Shown here: one piece after another, positions 62,381 to 64,000 of the stretch
Numbering within the stretch: the stretch's first letter is position 1
How the letters are laid out: each line of letters opens with the position of its first letter
NCBI GenBank assembly: GCA_964016885.1
Contig: OZ024742.1
Span: 101,618,001-101,682,000 of the forward strand
Direction of reading: 5' to 3'
Origin: Eledone cirrhosa
Lineage: Eukaryota
DNA: 64,000 bases
The notes under the pieces: model-generated
The model's database searches: none
Seen by the model: the letters and a program-made list of their open reading frames with translations, nothing else
What the model was told of the DNA's origin: nothing
Made by a program: the position numbers and the translations under genes

Positions 62381-63761
62381 CTACAGATGGTCGCATAGCT
62401 TTCGAGCCGGTCCCGATTTGGTATATAGTATAAATGCATTAGTAATACTCATATTTACTATATACCAAACAAGGTATCGCCAGCATTTATTCCCCGATCT
62501 GCCAACTGAGTAATAAGACATCATCTGATTCATCCGATCTACACCACCCATGTACCTGTTATAATCGAGATTATGTGTGCCATTTTCATCCACATGTGGG
62601 CGTGCACAGGTAGACAGAAAATTGATCTGCCTCTTATCTCTGTATGCGGTCGCTATCAAATTTCCTTTCTGCCGTTGAATTATTGCACCTTTTTTTTTTT
62701 ATATCCAATGGCAGTCCTTTTCTATTAGCGATCACTGTAGCACATGTATGTGTTGCCACAGTATCTAAATTCTCCGCAAGTTTGACCGAACTGAAAAACC
62801 GGTCAAAAAATAATATACGGCCCTGGTTATGGTGTGGAAGTGATACATTCCAGACCACATCATACCCTAGGCCATGCTGACTTACATAATTGTCTCTTTT
62901 GCCAGTATAAAATTCAAATCCAGAGCAGTACCCAGTATTCGATTCGCAAATCTTCCAAACTTTGAAACCCCATTTTGTGGGCTTTCCTGGCATATTGTCG
63001 AAAACGCACTCGGCCTTTATAGCCCACCATACCCTCGTCGATAGATAAATATCTCCCTGGTTTGTAAACTGTTTTATATGTGTTTTGAACACAATCAATG
63101 AGGGGTCTTATTTTAAATAAGGGATCATAGTTTGGTTCTCCACGTACTGCTCGTGTCTCTTACATGTAAATACTGCGTCAATTTTAAAAACCGTGTCCTC
63201 GTCATTATACTTGAGACATATTCGTCTCCAAAGGGTTCATCGCTACTCCAGTAATTTGTAATTCTGGGTAGCTTTCTAATGCCCATAATAATATTTATGG
63301 CAAAATAAGCCCCAATTTCATTTAAGCTTGTGGGAAACCACAACTATCCTTTTTTTTTCCCGCTTTGTTTACTTTCAGCGTAACGGTTTGTTTCCGCCGT
63401 AATAATTTCAAACAAGCTCATAGGAAAAAGTAAAAGGAGTCTAAAGCTTTGCTCTCCTGGGATAGACTGTGACTTGGTCCAGTTTCTTCATAAAAATCAC
63501 TGAAAGAAACAGTTTTTAAATTTTTACTCCATTCAGGTGCCAATTGGTTTTCTTTAGCGCTGTCATCGGAGCTCTCGGATTCACTGTTTTCACTTTCGGA
63601 AAATGAAACATCGGATTCATTATCAAATACCACGTGCTTTTTTTTTCAGTTATAGAGTTAGATTTTTCAAGGTCTTCAGTAGAAAATCCTTCGAATTCTG
63701 ACTCGCTGCTTGACTGAATGAAATTGGTATCCATTTTTTTGTCAGAATTAAACATTTTCAA
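62381..63761 (-). pseudogene. piggyBac (PGBD-like) transposase, frameshifted
   Basis: Acidic N-terminus, MGIRKLP..YWS..MTRTRF..YLH, MPGKPTKWGFKVW, FFDRFFSS, and DYNRYMGGVDRMNQM..KCWR, split over five ORFs. Confidence 0.92.
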
Positions 63762-63821
63762 AACACAACAGGAACAAATTTGGAAAAAAATCTCCCCAAA
63801 TTCACAGAATTAAAATAACTG

Positions 63822-64000
63822 TTTCTACTTTAGGCACAAGGCCAGCAATAACCCAGTGCATTACTGGTACTTTATTTTATCGACCCCGTAAAGATGAAAG
63901 GCAAAGTCAACCTCGGCGGGATTTGAACTCAAATCGTAAAGGGACGTAACTATGCTGGAAAGCATGGCTTCCGACCCTCTACCGATACTGCCAATCCACC
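63822..64000 (-). mobile_element. Young family-1 tRNA-SINE
   Basis: Near-identical reverse complement of 61083-61260. Confidence 0.88.

Noticed and set aside
62381-63761. Domesticated PGBD gene
   Set aside because: Multiple frameshifts and stops; a decayed transposon copy.

Overview
AT-rich, repeat-dominated animal genomic DNA. The SINE/LINE repertoire and huge (TA)-based microsatellites look like an octopus/coleoid cephalopod genome; this is inferred from recalled repeat families, not a database result. Most of the window is intronic to one + strand host gene, an OSBPL9/ORP9-like oxysterol-binding protein. Only three exons are visible: 5793-5870, 52497-52632 and the last coding exon 56294-56407. 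The middle exons are missing and probably lie in or around the 200-N gap at 51849-52048. The rest is transposon debris: five RTE LINE copies with a PHD-like finger inside the RT region, an R4/Dong-like RLE LINE, CR1-like and CRE-like fragments, a decayed Helitron, a piggyBac transposase pseudogene, piggyBac/hAT/Tc1 MITEs, tRNA-derived SINEs, and over 20 kb of microsatellite that generates all the long Y/I/C/M/H/T 'ORFs'. The most interesting unexplained signals are RNA-level. (i) Most islands of non-repetitive DNA in the 34-50 kb (TA) field carry a minimal Penelope-type hammerhead ribozyme or its 3' half, often inside a fold-back palindrome. (ii) A ~610-bp three-copy element starts with a twister-ribozyme-like fold, and two of its copies flank the R4-like LINE. 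(iii) A chimeric tRNA-SINE carries the same 3' tail as an RTE LINE in this window.
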